A DNA stretch of 64,000 bases from a virus: the IMG/VR virus record IMGVR_UViG_3300017706_001340, positions 23,770 through 87,769 of that record; one strand, given 5' to 3'. Under the pieces are notes generated by a model, which did not search any database, was not told the origin of the DNA, and saw nothing but the letters and a program-made list of their open reading frames with translations. Made by a program: the position numbers and the translations under genes. Within the stretch, counting starts at the first letter, position 1. Every line of letters begins with the position of its first letter. This document shows positions 30,101-39,715 of this stretch, in pieces.

Positions 30101-30534
30101 TTAGAAGTATAGTAACATCAATCGCGATAACCAGTGTTGTTGCGGCAATAGGTGGATTACTATTCAATTATATTTTTGATTACCATCTAATCAAGTCAAT
30201 TATATGCACATTCCTGGTACAAATTGTTATATTCTATGTTTGGAACAGTATATCACAAATGATACTAACCATCCGAGTAGAGCAAGAGCAAACCCGCCAA
30301 GCTGAGATGTTGTCTCAACAGGGTATTGATGTCGTGTGTGCACACTGTAAGAGTGAGAACTTTGTACCTATAAGATTAGACGAATCAAACGAATTTGCAT
30401 GTGATAAGTGCGGTAAAGAGAATTCTATATACATTGATATATCAATTGCACAAAAGGCTCGTATACTTGATAGAGATCAACTATCTGTTAATTATATCAA
30501 AGATAAATTAGATGAATCAAAAAAAGTTAAGTAA
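30097..30534 (+). CDS. Two-TM membrane protein with zinc ribbon
   Basis: Two hydrophobic helices, then CAHC...CDKC. Confidence 0.7.
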   Translation: MIRSIVTSIAITSVVAAIGGLLFNYIFDYHLIKSIICTFLVQIVIFYVWNSISQMILTIRVEQEQTRQAEMLSQQGIDVVCAHCKSENFVPIRLDESNEFACDKCGKENSIYIDISIAQKARILDRDQLSVNYIKDKLDESKKVK

Positions 30535-30955
30535 AGATAGCGAGATACAAAACATGCCGGTGACAAAACCCGCCTCAACCGTAAGTGATAAACCACCAAC
30601 TGAGCGTATGACGTTCGATCAACTGTGTGAGTGTATGAACAATTTCTTCAATGATAGAGATTTCGAGAGCAAACAGGCATTTAAAAAAGGATACACATGC
30701 ACTGTTGGTGAGGATTATACAAATATTGATTTGTTGTGCAACATGAACGATCTAGTATATAATTACTGTAACAACAATGAGAATATATCCAAGACAGAAA
30801 AACGGAACCTCAAGACTTTATGTAGTGGTATCAACTCTGTAACGATGAGCATGGAGCAATACAACATTACAACACAAATGGATAAAGTCCTGATCTCAAC
30901 ACTAATGGGATACATATTAAAAATAACAAGAAATTACTTTCATGATAGACATTGA
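30512..30955 (+). CDS. Hypothetical protein
   Basis: 147-aa ORF. Confidence 0.65.
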   Translation: MNQKKLSKDSEIQNMPVTKPASTVSDKPPTERMTFDQLCECMNNFFNDRDFESKQAFKKGYTCTVGEDYTNIDLLCNMNDLVYNYCNNNENISKTEKRNLKTLCSGINSVTMSMEQYNITTQMDKVLISTLMGYILKITRNYFHDRH

Positions 30956-31217
30956 TAAACACAAAAAAACAAAGGTCGAATTGACCACACCTAAAGGCGC
31001 CAAACATGTTATGTCAGAGTATGAAATCAGCAGATGGTTCTCCATGATAGAGGCGGTTGATATCATAGATCAGAAGGCAAATCAACTAGGAATAAAAGGC
31101 AAGGGTGTTAATTGGGTGAAACCAATCGCAATACAAAAGTATATTGATGAACGAACAGAGAGTATGTTGTTCGAAGTCAAGGATGATCTAAGTAAAGAGA
31201 AGAGATGCACTACATAG
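30942..31217 (+). CDS. Hypothetical protein
   Basis: 91-aa ORF. Confidence 0.7.
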   Translation: MIDIDKHKKTKVELTTPKGAKHVMSEYEISRWFSMIEAVDIIDQKANQLGIKGKGVNWVKPIAIQKYIDERTESMLFEVKDDLSKEKRCTT

Positions 31218-31537
31218 TAGGTACACATTTACAATTACCTGCATCTAAATCCGGGCAACAGATTCGCCCCGGGATGACCAGTCAACAAATTCGTGCGAAT
31301 AGCCGGGGACCGGCCGGTTTTGCTGAGCAGCGACAGTTACTCACTCCAGGTACACAATACACACTTATACGGATATTAAAGGTGGATGATGGTGTGAATT
31401 ATATCTTCTCATCCAGCGTTGGTGATCGAGTCACACTATCATTCAGTAGTGTATCAGAAGCAGAAAAGTTTATATCTAGTGTTATAGGTGAAGCGGTCCC
31501 GGATTATTCATCTGCATATATAGATCAAACGGATTAA
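31205..31537 (+). CDS. Hypothetical protein
   Basis: 110-aa ORF. Confidence 0.65.
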   Translation: MHYIVGTHLQLPASKSGQQIRPGMTSQQIRANSRGPAGFAEQRQLLTPGTQYTLIRILKVDDGVNYIFSSSVGDRVTLSFSSVSEAEKFISSVIGEAVPDYSSAYIDQTD

Positions 31538-32259
31538 TCATCATATCCACCGTATATATCGTCATAGTCCCCATATACACTATAATCAAAAATATTCCGG
31601 CCTTGCCGGTCAATATCATTGAAATATAGACTATCATCTTCCATCTGCTCATCACCACTCAATCCACCGTGGTAAGTATCATCAGTTGGTTGCTGCAACC
31701 CAGGTTCTTTATCAATACCGAGCTCATAACTATAGTCGAAACGCTTGCCTTTTATCAGCCAGACATAATGACCTAGTAATGGATTGAGTTGTTCAACATC
31801 TTGGTCCAATCTTTCAGTTATTTCGAACTTTTTAGCACCTCTCCCACCTGGTCTGGATGATCCGAATTCACTGAGCTCTATAACATCGCCAGCATTTGGT
31901 TCTGGATTAGGATTATCCTCAGAGCTCATAGCTAATGTGTAACTCTCGATGGGTATAAACCCAGTCAGTTCATCATCAGCCATAAGACCAAACTTTTGAA
32001 GTACAACTGAATTTTCATTCAATGTCATAGCAAATATCAATTTCTTTGGATCTTGAAACTGTTGAGCAGGTGACTCTCCGTATAGTGGATCAACATTCTG
32101 TAGTGTGGTGCCATTAACATAATAGTCTACTATTGTACCATATTGATAGATCTGCTCGACCCACCACCCTTTGTAATTGTTTATCTCATTGCAATTAGCA
32201 TGCTTGTCTAAAAATCGCAAACTATTACTATGCTTGAATATATCATCAATCTCACTCAT
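31534..32259 (-). CDS. gp14: Neck protein gp14-like
   Basis: EQIYQYG..V.Y, DPLYGE, KFGLMADDEL, PNAGDVI, FEIT, F.YSYE. Confidence 0.8.
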   Translation of the reverse strand: MSEIDDIFKHSNSLRFLDKHANCNEINNYKGWWVEQIYQYGTIVDYYVNGTTLQNVDPLYGESPAQQFQDPKKLIFAMTLNENSVVLQKFGLMADDELTGFIPIESYTLAMSSEDNPNPEPNAGDVIELSEFGSSRPGGRGAKKFEITERLDQDVEQLNPLLGHYVWLIKGKRFDYSYELGIDKEPGLQQPTDDTYHGGLSGDEQMEDDSLYFNDIDRQGRNIFDYSVYGDYDDIYGGYDD

Positions 32260-32638
32260 ATCTTTTGAGAATATAACAATCTTTGACAGGGTCCCAAATT
32301 ATACCAACACCTGAGAATAATGTCTTCGGTTTATCTTTAGGTAGTTCCTTTATTTTATAATTCTTCATTATGTGCTTTATATCAACATCGGATAACATTT
32401 TCATTTTAGATGTACCATTACGGAGAGCCTCGATCTTGTGATTCAATTCTCCAGCGAATGCGAACTCACCCCCACCGGTATGTCGCCCCTGATACCTCTT
32501 GGCAACTTGATGTTGATTCATCGCTCCACCACCTCTTGACACCTTACGATGCCATGGACTCTTCGCATTATCTCTCTTTCGTTGCTGATAATCCTGAAAC
32601 TCAAGGATCACGTGAAATCTATCTCTATAAACTGACAT
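32252..32638 (-). CDS. Basic hypothetical protein (late)
   Basis: TATAAATA (32652-32645) 6 nt before ATG. Confidence 0.75.
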   Translation of the reverse strand: MSVYRDRFHVILEFQDYQQRKRDNAKSPWHRKVSRGGGAMNQHQVAKRYQGRHTGGGEFAFAGELNHKIEALRNGTSKMKMLSDVDIKHIMKNYKIKELPKDKPKTLFSGVGIIWDPVKDCYILKRYE

Positions 32639-32651
32639 CAACAGTATTTAT

Positions 32652-32683
32652 AAAAAAAGCCGTTCAAATGAACGGCTCTTTTT
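32652..32683 (-). terminator. Intrinsic terminator, possibly bidirectional
   Basis: Stem AGCCGTTC/GAACGGCT with 4-nt loop, T-tract on both strands. Confidence 0.85.
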
Positions 32684-32708
32684 GTGATTTGGGGGGTTAA
32701 ATTGAAAA

Positions 32709-33569
32709 TTAATCTCCGATCGCCTTACTTTTAGGGTTGTTGATCTTGTTGCTACCGGATCCAGTGTTACCTGCATCTGGATGTGTACGATCACCATGTC
32801 CACCTAAAGGTTTTGGATCTGGATCTTCTTTTACAGTACCACCGTCAGCAGTTCCACCGTCAGTACTACCTGTTTTTGAGCTCTTAACCTTATTACTCTT
32901 GTTACCTGCGTAAGGATGTTGACGATCACCGTGTCCACCTAGGGGCTTTGGATCTGGCTCACTAACAACACTATCACCTAACATCTCATCATCATTACCA
33001 AAAGGATTATCACTCTCACTATCCTCTAGTTCATCACCAAGCTCATCTTCACTATCTTCTAGTTGATCCATCAAAGCTTCATGAAGCTTTTCTGCTAGGT
33101 CACGAGGAAGACTAATTGTAATTTCATCACCGCCGATTTCAAGCTCGTCATCACCGAACTCTTCATCGCCTCCTGTGTCTTCATCACCCATTCCACCTAT
33201 ATCGGCAAAAGGATCATCACCTTCCATGATTGTTGAGTATAATTTGTCAAAGATATTTGTAGGTTCGTTGCTCATAATTGTAGAAGTATTTATTTGCTCC
33301 TTGGCAATTTTCCCGTGTTTTTCTTTGTTTTCTTTTAATCTATCACTTATTTTTTTCATGTAATAGTCACTATCCTCACCAGAATTCTCTGGAGTCACTA
33401 CATCTTCGACACCATCTGGAGTGTTCTCCTCTGGTTTCAAATCACCTGCAAGCTCAGAATCTCCGAGTGCTGATGGACAATCTCCGGATTTCCAGACCTT
33501 GTTATCTTCATTTTCTGTTAACAAGTCGTACGCTTGCTCAATGTTCTTGATATCTCTTGACTCATTCAC
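32709..33569 (-). CDS. Highly acidic low-complexity late protein with duplicated PDPKPLGGHGDR.HP.AGN motif
   Basis: GTG start 5 nt after ATAAATA; followed by a terminator. Confidence 0.7.
   Translation of the reverse strand: MNESRDIKNIEQAYDLLTENEDNKVWKSGDCPSALGDSELAGDLKPEENTPDGVEDVVTPENSGEDSDYYMKKISDRLKENKEKHGKIAKEQINTSTIMSNEPTNIFDKLYSTIMEGDDPFADIGGMGDEDTGGDEEFGDDELEIGGDEITISLPRDLAEKLHEALMDQLEDSEDELGDELEDSESDNPFGNDDEMLGDSVVSEPDPKPLGGHGDRQHPYAGNKSNKVKSSKTGSTDGGTADGGTVKEDPDPKPLGGHGDRTHPDAGNTGSGSNKINNPKSKAIGD
33287..33293 (-). promoter_or_regulatory. Internal late promoter
   Basis: ATAAATA 11 nt upstream of in-frame ATG 33275. Confidence 0.5.
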
Positions 33570-33582
33570 ATAAGTATTTATG
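33569..33582. promoter_or_regulatory. Bidirectional late promoter (near-palindrome CATAAGTATTTATG)
   Basis: ATAAGTA (+) toward gp17 and ATAAATA (-) toward the acidic gene, in an 18-bp gap. Confidence 0.7.
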
Positions 33583-33587
33583 TTAAC

Positions 33588-35327
33588 ATGTCAACAAAAC
33601 AAACCACAACACCAAAAAAACCGAAAGTAGATCCAAAACATGTATACATGGGTAATCAAAACCTACCCACGAGCAAGGCTGAGTTTGAGTGGACACCTAC
33701 TATGGTCAGAGATCTTAAGAAGTGCCAGAAAAACTTACTATATTTCGCTGAAAATTTCTTTACAATCATAAATCTTGATCGCGGTAGGGAGAAGATAACA
33801 CTATTTAAATGTCAGAAGAAGGTATTACGAGCACTACGAGACAACAGATTCAACATTGTGTTAGCCTCTCGACAGGTAGGTAAAACGACAATGATGACCA
33901 TATACACTTTATGGGTAGCTTGTTTCCTCGAGGATCAACGTATACTTGTTGTAGCAAATAAAGAGCAGACAGCAATAAACATTTTCAAGCGAATCAGACT
34001 GGCGTACGAACAACTACCAAACTGGATTAAACCTGGTGTAGTTGAGTACGGTAAGACAAGCATGACATTAACCAACGGTAGTAGTATCGGAATCAGCACT
34101 ACCAGTAGTGATGCTGGTCGAGGTGATAGTTGTAATTGTTTGGTACTAGATGAGCTAGCATTTATTGACAATCATCTTGTTGAGAGTTTCTGGAAGTCAG
34201 TGTATCCGATAATATCATCTAGTAAGAAGAGTAAGATCTTCATCGCTAGTACACCAAATGGAACAGGTAACTTGTTTCACGATCTATATAGTAATGCAAT
34301 CCGAGGAAAAAATAATTGGTGTGCGAGTCGCATCGACTGGTGGGAAATTCCTGGTAGGGACGAGAAGTGGAAACAGGACACAGTACAGTCACTCGGAAGT
34401 ACAGACATTTTTGATCAGGAGTTTGGATGTCAGTTCATAGAAACTGGTGAGAGTGTGTTGGATGAGGAGTTGATACGTAAGAGCTCACTGTCCATACAAG
34501 ATCCGGAGCATCTATTCGATGATGGTAAATATAAAGTATGGTCCTTGCCTGATGAAACACGATCTTATGCAATTGGCGTGGATATATCAGAAGGTGTAGG
34601 TGAGGCTGCTAGTGTCATACAGGTAATTGACATAACAGACTTGACAGAGATTGAACAGGTAGCAGTATATCACAGCAATACTATCAGTCCGTACAACTTC
34701 ACAACAAAATTATTAGAGGTACTACAACAATGGGGGTCTCCACCCGCGTTGATAGAGAGGAACAATTGCGGTGCACAAGTTGTAGATACATTAAAGAATG
34801 TATATGGTTACGAGAATATAGTCAATTATACCCCAAGTAAAAATCAAGCAATTGAACGTCCTGGAGTAATAGCACATACAAACACCAAATATAAAGGTGT
34901 TGTCAACATGAAATATTGGTTGAGTGAAGTTTATTCGGTTGTGTTGCGAGACACTAACACATTAGAGGAGTTGAAAACATTCGTAAGATATCCTAATGGT
35001 ACATGGAAAGCGATTAAAGGTACAAATGTGCATGATGACAGAGTCATGAGTTTGATCTGGTCACTCATGATACTTGAAACATCAATAACCGAACAGTTTT
35101 TTGAGATTTTACAGGTGGATAAAAATAACAAGCCGGCAGAATTAGGTCGTTTGGACTTTGGTTATCGACAGTTCAGTGACACACTCTCACTTTATAGTAA
35201 CGAGAAACAACAAAATAAATACAGTGCACTGCCCATATATATGGATAGTGAGAACTTCGATAATACAAGCGAAGCAAACAACCCGGAGCTTGAAGAAATG
35301 CAAGAACAAGGATGGACAACAGTATGA
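33588..35327 (+). CDS. gp17: Terminase large subunit gp17
   Basis: SRQVGKTT, LVLDELAF, STPNG, FDQEFGC, GVDIS, HDDRVM. Confidence 0.97.
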   Translation: MSTKQTTTPKKPKVDPKHVYMGNQNLPTSKAEFEWTPTMVRDLKKCQKNLLYFAENFFTIINLDRGREKITLFKCQKKVLRALRDNRFNIVLASRQVGKTTMMTIYTLWVACFLEDQRILVVANKEQTAINIFKRIRLAYEQLPNWIKPGVVEYGKTSMTLTNGSSIGISTTSSDAGRGDSCNCLVLDELAFIDNHLVESFWKSVYPIISSSKKSKIFIASTPNGTGNLFHDLYSNAIRGKNNWCASRIDWWEIPGRDEKWKQDTVQSLGSTDIFDQEFGCQFIETGESVLDEELIRKSSLSIQDPEHLFDDGKYKVWSLPDETRSYAIGVDISEGVGEAASVIQVIDITDLTEIEQVAVYHSNTISPYNFTTKLLEVLQQWGSPPALIERNNCGAQVVDTLKNVYGYENIVNYTPSKNQAIERPGVIAHTNTKYKGVVNMKYWLSEVYSVVLRDTNTLEELKTFVRYPNGTWKAIKGTNVHDDRVMSLIWSLMILETSITEQFFEILQVDKNNKPAELGRLDFGYRQFSDTLSLYSNEKQQNKYSALPIYMDSENFDNTSEANNPELEEMQEQGWTTV

Positions 35328-35905
35328 ATGACACTATACAGCAATCAATTTTAAACAAAAGCAAGAAGGATAAATTTGTATTCATCCTCACACTACCTGA
35401 GGCTATGAAGGAAATCGCATACACACAATCAGAGAACCGAGATGATGATCACGTGCTACCTGATACATTACAATTCAGCGTGTATGGCGCTCTGTTACCA
35501 TCTGTGCGAGTAGATAGTGGGAACATACGATATGGCGGACAAGCTGTGAAGTTCAGTGCACATAGCCGTCCGGAATATGATAATGTTAGAGTAAACTTTA
35601 CTGTTGACAATAGATTCAACAACTACTGGGTAATATGGAAGTGGCTAAACATCATGAATGATGATGAATCCGCTGTTTTTATGTCAACACGTGACATAAC
35701 AACACAAGAATCCATATTTAAACAATATCAAGGCACAGCAACAATGTATGCACTAGATGAATATAACAAACAAGTGGCAAGATTCGACTATCAGGGGGTT
35801 GTCCCTGTTAGTTTAGGTGAGATAGACTACAATTACAGGACTACAGACGAGATTGATACCACGTTTGAGTTCTCTTTTTCGAAGCTCACTCCAACTTTGT
35901 TATGA
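35324..35905 (+). CDS. Tail completion/tube terminator gp3-like
   Basis: Tube-fold pattern VNFTVD....NYW..WKW, PVSLGEI.Y, FEF.F. Confidence 0.7.
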   Translation: MNDTIQQSILNKSKKDKFVFILTLPEAMKEIAYTQSENRDDDHVLPDTLQFSVYGALLPSVRVDSGNIRYGGQAVKFSAHSRPEYDNVRVNFTVDNRFNNYWVIWKWLNIMNDDESAVFMSTRDITTQESIFKQYQGTATMYALDEYNKQVARFDYQGVVPVSLGEIDYNYRTTDEIDTTFEFSFSKLTPTLL

Positions 35906-35933
35906 AAATCTTCTAAAAGCTGGTCATGGATCA

Positions 35934-35951
35934 ATAAATAATTCCAGAGGT
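35934..35951 (+). promoter_or_regulatory. Late promoter plus Shine-Dalgarno for gp18
   Basis: ATAAATA, then GAGGT 7 nt before ATG. Confidence 0.7.
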
Positions 35952-35958
35952 AACAATT

Positions 35959-38900
35959 ATGGCACGTACAATACAATCACCAGGAGTAGAGGTCAAGGAA
36001 GTCGATCTTTCTTTGCGCCCACAATTACCAATTGGAACTACGGTATTTATACCAGGTTTCGCTAACCAAGGACCGACAGACGAGTTGCTGACACTCAGCA
36101 GTCTGAGCGAGTTTGAGCAGATCTACGGTTTGCCTCAAAACGCTGCAGAGAGGTACATGTACCACACCGTCAAAGCAGTGTTTCAAAGCCCTGCTAATGT
36201 TCTGGTATCCAGGTTACCATACGGTCAAGGAGCTGGTGCAACTGTTGCTGATAAATACAGTGTTCAAGTGTTCCCCGTTATACCACGTCCGATTATGATT
36301 GATCTCGGTGATTACGAAGGTGAGATTAACACAATCGCGACAGACACACGAAAAATTGCATGGTATCCAACAGATAGCAGAACATTATCTGCTGAAGGGT
36401 CAGATTTCGTGCTACCAGTGGCAGCAACATTTACAGGAGAAGTAGGAGGAGCTACATATACTATAACAGCTGATGTATCCGGTGAGGAAGGTAACATCAC
36501 TCTTGTGGGTAACAGTTTATCTTCAGTAGGACAACTTATAACTGAATCCGGTGTCTCAGTATCTGTATTAACAGGTGATGATACATACACATTACCAACC
36601 GGTGAAAGCATAACCTTAGCAGGTGGTCAGTCAGGTTTCAGTACCAAAGTAGTACCAACAGATCAATGGATCTTTGGTACATCCGCACCAGCAGGTGATT
36701 ATACATCAACAACACTTAAAGATGCCGTTGATAGTGTGTTGGCATCATTGAGTAGTGTAGAACTTTACGGTCAACCATTAAGCTCATATGCACAAGGTGA
36801 TACATTTTGGACGGAATCAATTGCAGATGACATATTAAGTGTACCTGCTTTAAAGGCGTATCAAATACCAGAGGTTGCAGAGCTTGTATCTCAGGCTGTT
36901 AATGCAGTTGGATGGGATCTAGGATCAAGTGACAGGTATTACTTAGGTGAACCTAGCAACATTGAGTTGTCGAATGACGAGTTTCAGAAGACCATCAAAG
37001 GTGAGATTAAAATGAAAGAGTCTGAGGCTGGTAAGCTTGAGAACCAAAAATTCACATCATATAACGACTTGTTAACCAAAGGTGGTGCTGGTCTAATGAT
37101 TGTCAATGATAAGAAGTTTGTTATTAACGAAAAATTTGAAGGTTACTACATCGGAGTGAGTGACAACACAAATCTCAATCCAGCAAGTGATTTTGATAGT
37201 GTTGGAAAGCTCAAGTCATTGAGTAAGAAGCTCGGTGGTACCACTGGTGGTTATGTTGATGTACCGGATCAGAGTGATGGTACACGTAGTCGATTGACAT
37301 TCTCTTTGAGTGCCGGATTTTTGTTCGATCAATTTGGAAACAAGCAACAGGTCGGATTAGATGGTAGCATGAGTGAAGTGCTTGAGAATTTGAGTGAGTT
37401 TGATTTGAATACTGAAGAGTTCAGCGATGTTCTAACATTGGCTGTATTCAAAGTGAGACAATCAACATTAGAGCCAGATGCTACCAAGCTAGATTACCTA
37501 GTTGCTGACAGCGTTATTGGTAGTGTTAATTACTTCAGGGAACGCTTCTTATCAACAGGTGGTACAGCTGTATCATACTACATTGAGAGTGAGGCTGAAA
37601 ATAGTAATAACTTGTACCTCAAGATGAACGAGGGTATCGCTAAAACAGCTGGTAACTGGCAAGATGAGAACGGATATCCTACAAGGAAGATACGTATTTT
37701 ACCTGCTAAGGATACACGATACTACGATGAATTGGATGGTGCTGAGCAAGCCGCTCTTCAGGGTGAGACTGTTGAAGAGAAAAAAGAAGTCAATGACTTC
37801 AAAGTGAGTCAGAGTTTCCTCAACGGAAAGGAAGAAGCTGAAGATAGATTGTACATCAAATCATGGCAAGATTTACAGAGAGCCGGTGCTGCTGCTATCA
37901 AACATGGTAACAACGTATATCCACACGGAGTGTATCGCAAGCAAATGGCTGAAGCCAAAGAAACTGGTAACATACCATCAAAGCTTGATCGTATATTTGA
38001 GCTTGCTGATAACTTTGACCTGTTTCCGATCGACATAACTGTTGAAGGTGGTCTAGGTACTGTGTATGTAGGATCAGAAGGTGGTACTAAGGGTCATTTC
38101 GATGATGAAGAGTTCTTCCCGATTGGTGAACATGTTGTTAGTAGTACAGGATTGAGTGGAAGTGGTCTGTATCAAACAAAAATAATTGATAATCGTAATG
38201 AAATCAAATTCTTAACCGATTATGACACAATTTTTGATACATTCAAGAGTTTCAGTCAATTTGCACGTAAAGATAATATTTTTATCGCCGATCCATTACG
38301 TTACATATTTGTACAGGGCCGAAATAGTAAAACATTGACAAGTAAGCAGCGTGAAGCAGGAGTAAACTTCTCTCAACACATATACTGGCCGTTGCGTCAC
38401 ATGATGACAGGTGGTACCAAGAACAGTAGTTATTGTACAACATACGCCAATTGGGGATTCACAAACGATAAGGCCATGAACAGGCCAGTTTGGGTACCAA
38501 TGAGTGGTTTTGCAGCAGCAGCCATGGCTAATACGGACAGTAACTTCTATCCATGGATAGCCCCTGCTGGTTTCACAAGAGGGCTTGTGAGCGGTGTTCA
38601 AGATTTAGCGTTTTATCCTAAACAGAAAGAGCGTGACCAGTTGTACAAAATCGGATTGAATCCAATTGCTAATTTTCCTAATGAAGGATTTGCAATATTC
38701 GGTCAGAAAACAATGCAAGCAAAACCAAGTGCTTTTGATAGAATTAATGTGAGAAGATTGTTCTTGTATCTGCAAAAGGCAGTGATGAACACTATCAAGT
38801 ACTTTGTATTTGAACCAAACACATTGTTCACTCGTACACAAGTTATAAACGTTTTAAGACCTATATTTGAAGAGGTGAAGAACACGCAAGGATTATATGA

Positions 38901-39063
38901 CTATCTATTAGTATGTGATGAGCGTAACAATTCACCTGATGTTATTGACCGTAACGAGCTTGTAGTTGATATTTATATCAAACCTACACGTGCTGCGGAG
39001 TTCATCTTAGTGAACTTTTATGCTACCCGAACTGGTCAAGACTTCAGCGAATTAGTGTCGTAA
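35959..39063 (+). CDS. gp18: Tail sheath protein gp18 (enlarged, 1034 aa)
   Basis: SPGVEVKEVD, PWIAPAGFTRG, DRINVRRLF, FEPN, CDERNN, IKPTRAAEFI. Confidence 0.96.
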   Translation: MARTIQSPGVEVKEVDLSLRPQLPIGTTVFIPGFANQGPTDELLTLSSLSEFEQIYGLPQNAAERYMYHTVKAVFQSPANVLVSRLPYGQGAGATVADKYSVQVFPVIPRPIMIDLGDYEGEINTIATDTRKIAWYPTDSRTLSAEGSDFVLPVAATFTGEVGGATYTITADVSGEEGNITLVGNSLSSVGQLITESGVSVSVLTGDDTYTLPTGESITLAGGQSGFSTKVVPTDQWIFGTSAPAGDYTSTTLKDAVDSVLASLSSVELYGQPLSSYAQGDTFWTESIADDILSVPALKAYQIPEVAELVSQAVNAVGWDLGSSDRYYLGEPSNIELSNDEFQKTIKGEIKMKESEAGKLENQKFTSYNDLLTKGGAGLMIVNDKKFVINEKFEGYYIGVSDNTNLNPASDFDSVGKLKSLSKKLGGTTGGYVDVPDQSDGTRSRLTFSLSAGFLFDQFGNKQQVGLDGSMSEVLENLSEFDLNTEEFSDVLTLAVFKVRQSTLEPDATKLDYLVADSVIGSVNYFRERFLSTGGTAVSYYIESEAENSNNLYLKMNEGIAKTAGNWQDENGYPTRKIRILPAKDTRYYDELDGAEQAALQGETVEEKKEVNDFKVSQSFLNGKEEAEDRLYIKSWQDLQRAGAAAIKHGNNVYPHGVYRKQMAEAKETGNIPSKLDRIFELADNFDLFPIDITVEGGLGTVYVGSEGGTKGHFDDEEFFPIGEHVVSSTGLSGSGLYQTKIIDNRNEIKFLTDYDTIFDTFKSFSQFARKDNIFIADPLRYIFVQGRNSKTLTSKQREAGVNFSQHIYWPLRHMMTGGTKNSSYCTTYANWGFTNDKAMNRPVWVPMSGFAAAAMANTDSNFYPWIAPAGFTRGLVSGVQDLAFYPKQKERDQLYKIGLNPIANFPNEGFAIFGQKTMQAKPSAFDRINVRRLFLYLQKAVMNTIKYFVFEPNTLFTRTQVINVLRPIFEEVKNTQGLYDYLLVCDERNNSPDVIDRNELVVDIYIKPTRAAEFILVNFYATRTGQDFSELVS

Positions 39064-39065
39064 GA

Positions 39066-39081
39066 CTAAATAATTAGGAGG
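39066..39081 (+). promoter_or_regulatory. Late promoter plus Shine-Dalgarno for gp19
   Basis: CTAAATA, then AGGAGG. Confidence 0.7.
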
Positions 39082-39089
39082 ACAAATTT

Positions 39090-39638
39090 ATGCCAGATGT
39101 AAGACAGACAATATCAGATTTCTATAGAGTAGCACAAGAACGGGATTTCAGCCGTGATTTCCAGTTCCGTGTTCTCAATATTCAAAACGGTGACAGTAGT
39201 GTTACCATAAATGAGGACGATCTAGTGTACGCCAAGGGTGGTAGTATACCGGGCCGGACGATCAATGTATCCGAGATACCATTTATGGGACTAAACTTCA
39301 GGGTACCTGGTGGAGCCACATATACAGGTGAGTATACACTCAGCTTTTATAGTGACCGAGTCGATAGCTTGAGAACATTGTTGTTAAACTGGACTAGAGA
39401 CACATTCGATGATGCGACTAGTACCGGTAATTACTTCATTGCAAAAGAAACATCGATTGTTGACTTAGTACAACTAGACACACAGTTGAATCGAGTGAGT
39501 CAATACACACTCGTTGGTGCATTTCCTACAAGTGTTGGTGATGTATCATACGATCCATCTGGTAGTGGTGCTCCTGTTGAGTTTGAAGTCACATTAGGTT
39601 ATCAATACGTTCGTAACCAGAGCTTCCAGTCTTTGTAA
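39090..39638 (+). CDS. gp19: Tail tube protein gp19
   Basis: IPG....IPFMG....PG, VQLD, GAFPTSVG, EFEVT..YQY; follows the sheath gene. Confidence 0.9.
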   Translation: MPDVRQTISDFYRVAQERDFSRDFQFRVLNIQNGDSSVTINEDDLVYAKGGSIPGRTINVSEIPFMGLNFRVPGGATYTGEYTLSFYSDRVDSLRTLLLNWTRDTFDDATSTGNYFIAKETSIVDLVQLDTQLNRVSQYTLVGAFPTSVGDVSYDPSGSGAPVEFEVTLGYQYVRNQSFQSL

Positions 39639-39661
39639 TATTTTTAACATATTATACCATC

Positions 39662-39688
39662 AGAAAGCCGCTTTCGAGCGGCTTTTCT
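39662..39688 (+). terminator. Intrinsic terminator with UUCG loop
   Basis: AAAGCCGCT-TTCG-AGCGGCTTTT after gp19. Confidence 0.88.
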
Positions 39689-39715
39689 GTGTTTGGGTAT
39701 TAAATATTATTGTAT

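Noticed and set aside
12318-35327. Inteins or introns in gp43, gp41, uvsX or gp17
   Set aside because: Proteins are normal length with contiguous motifs; no Hint or homing endonuclease signatures.
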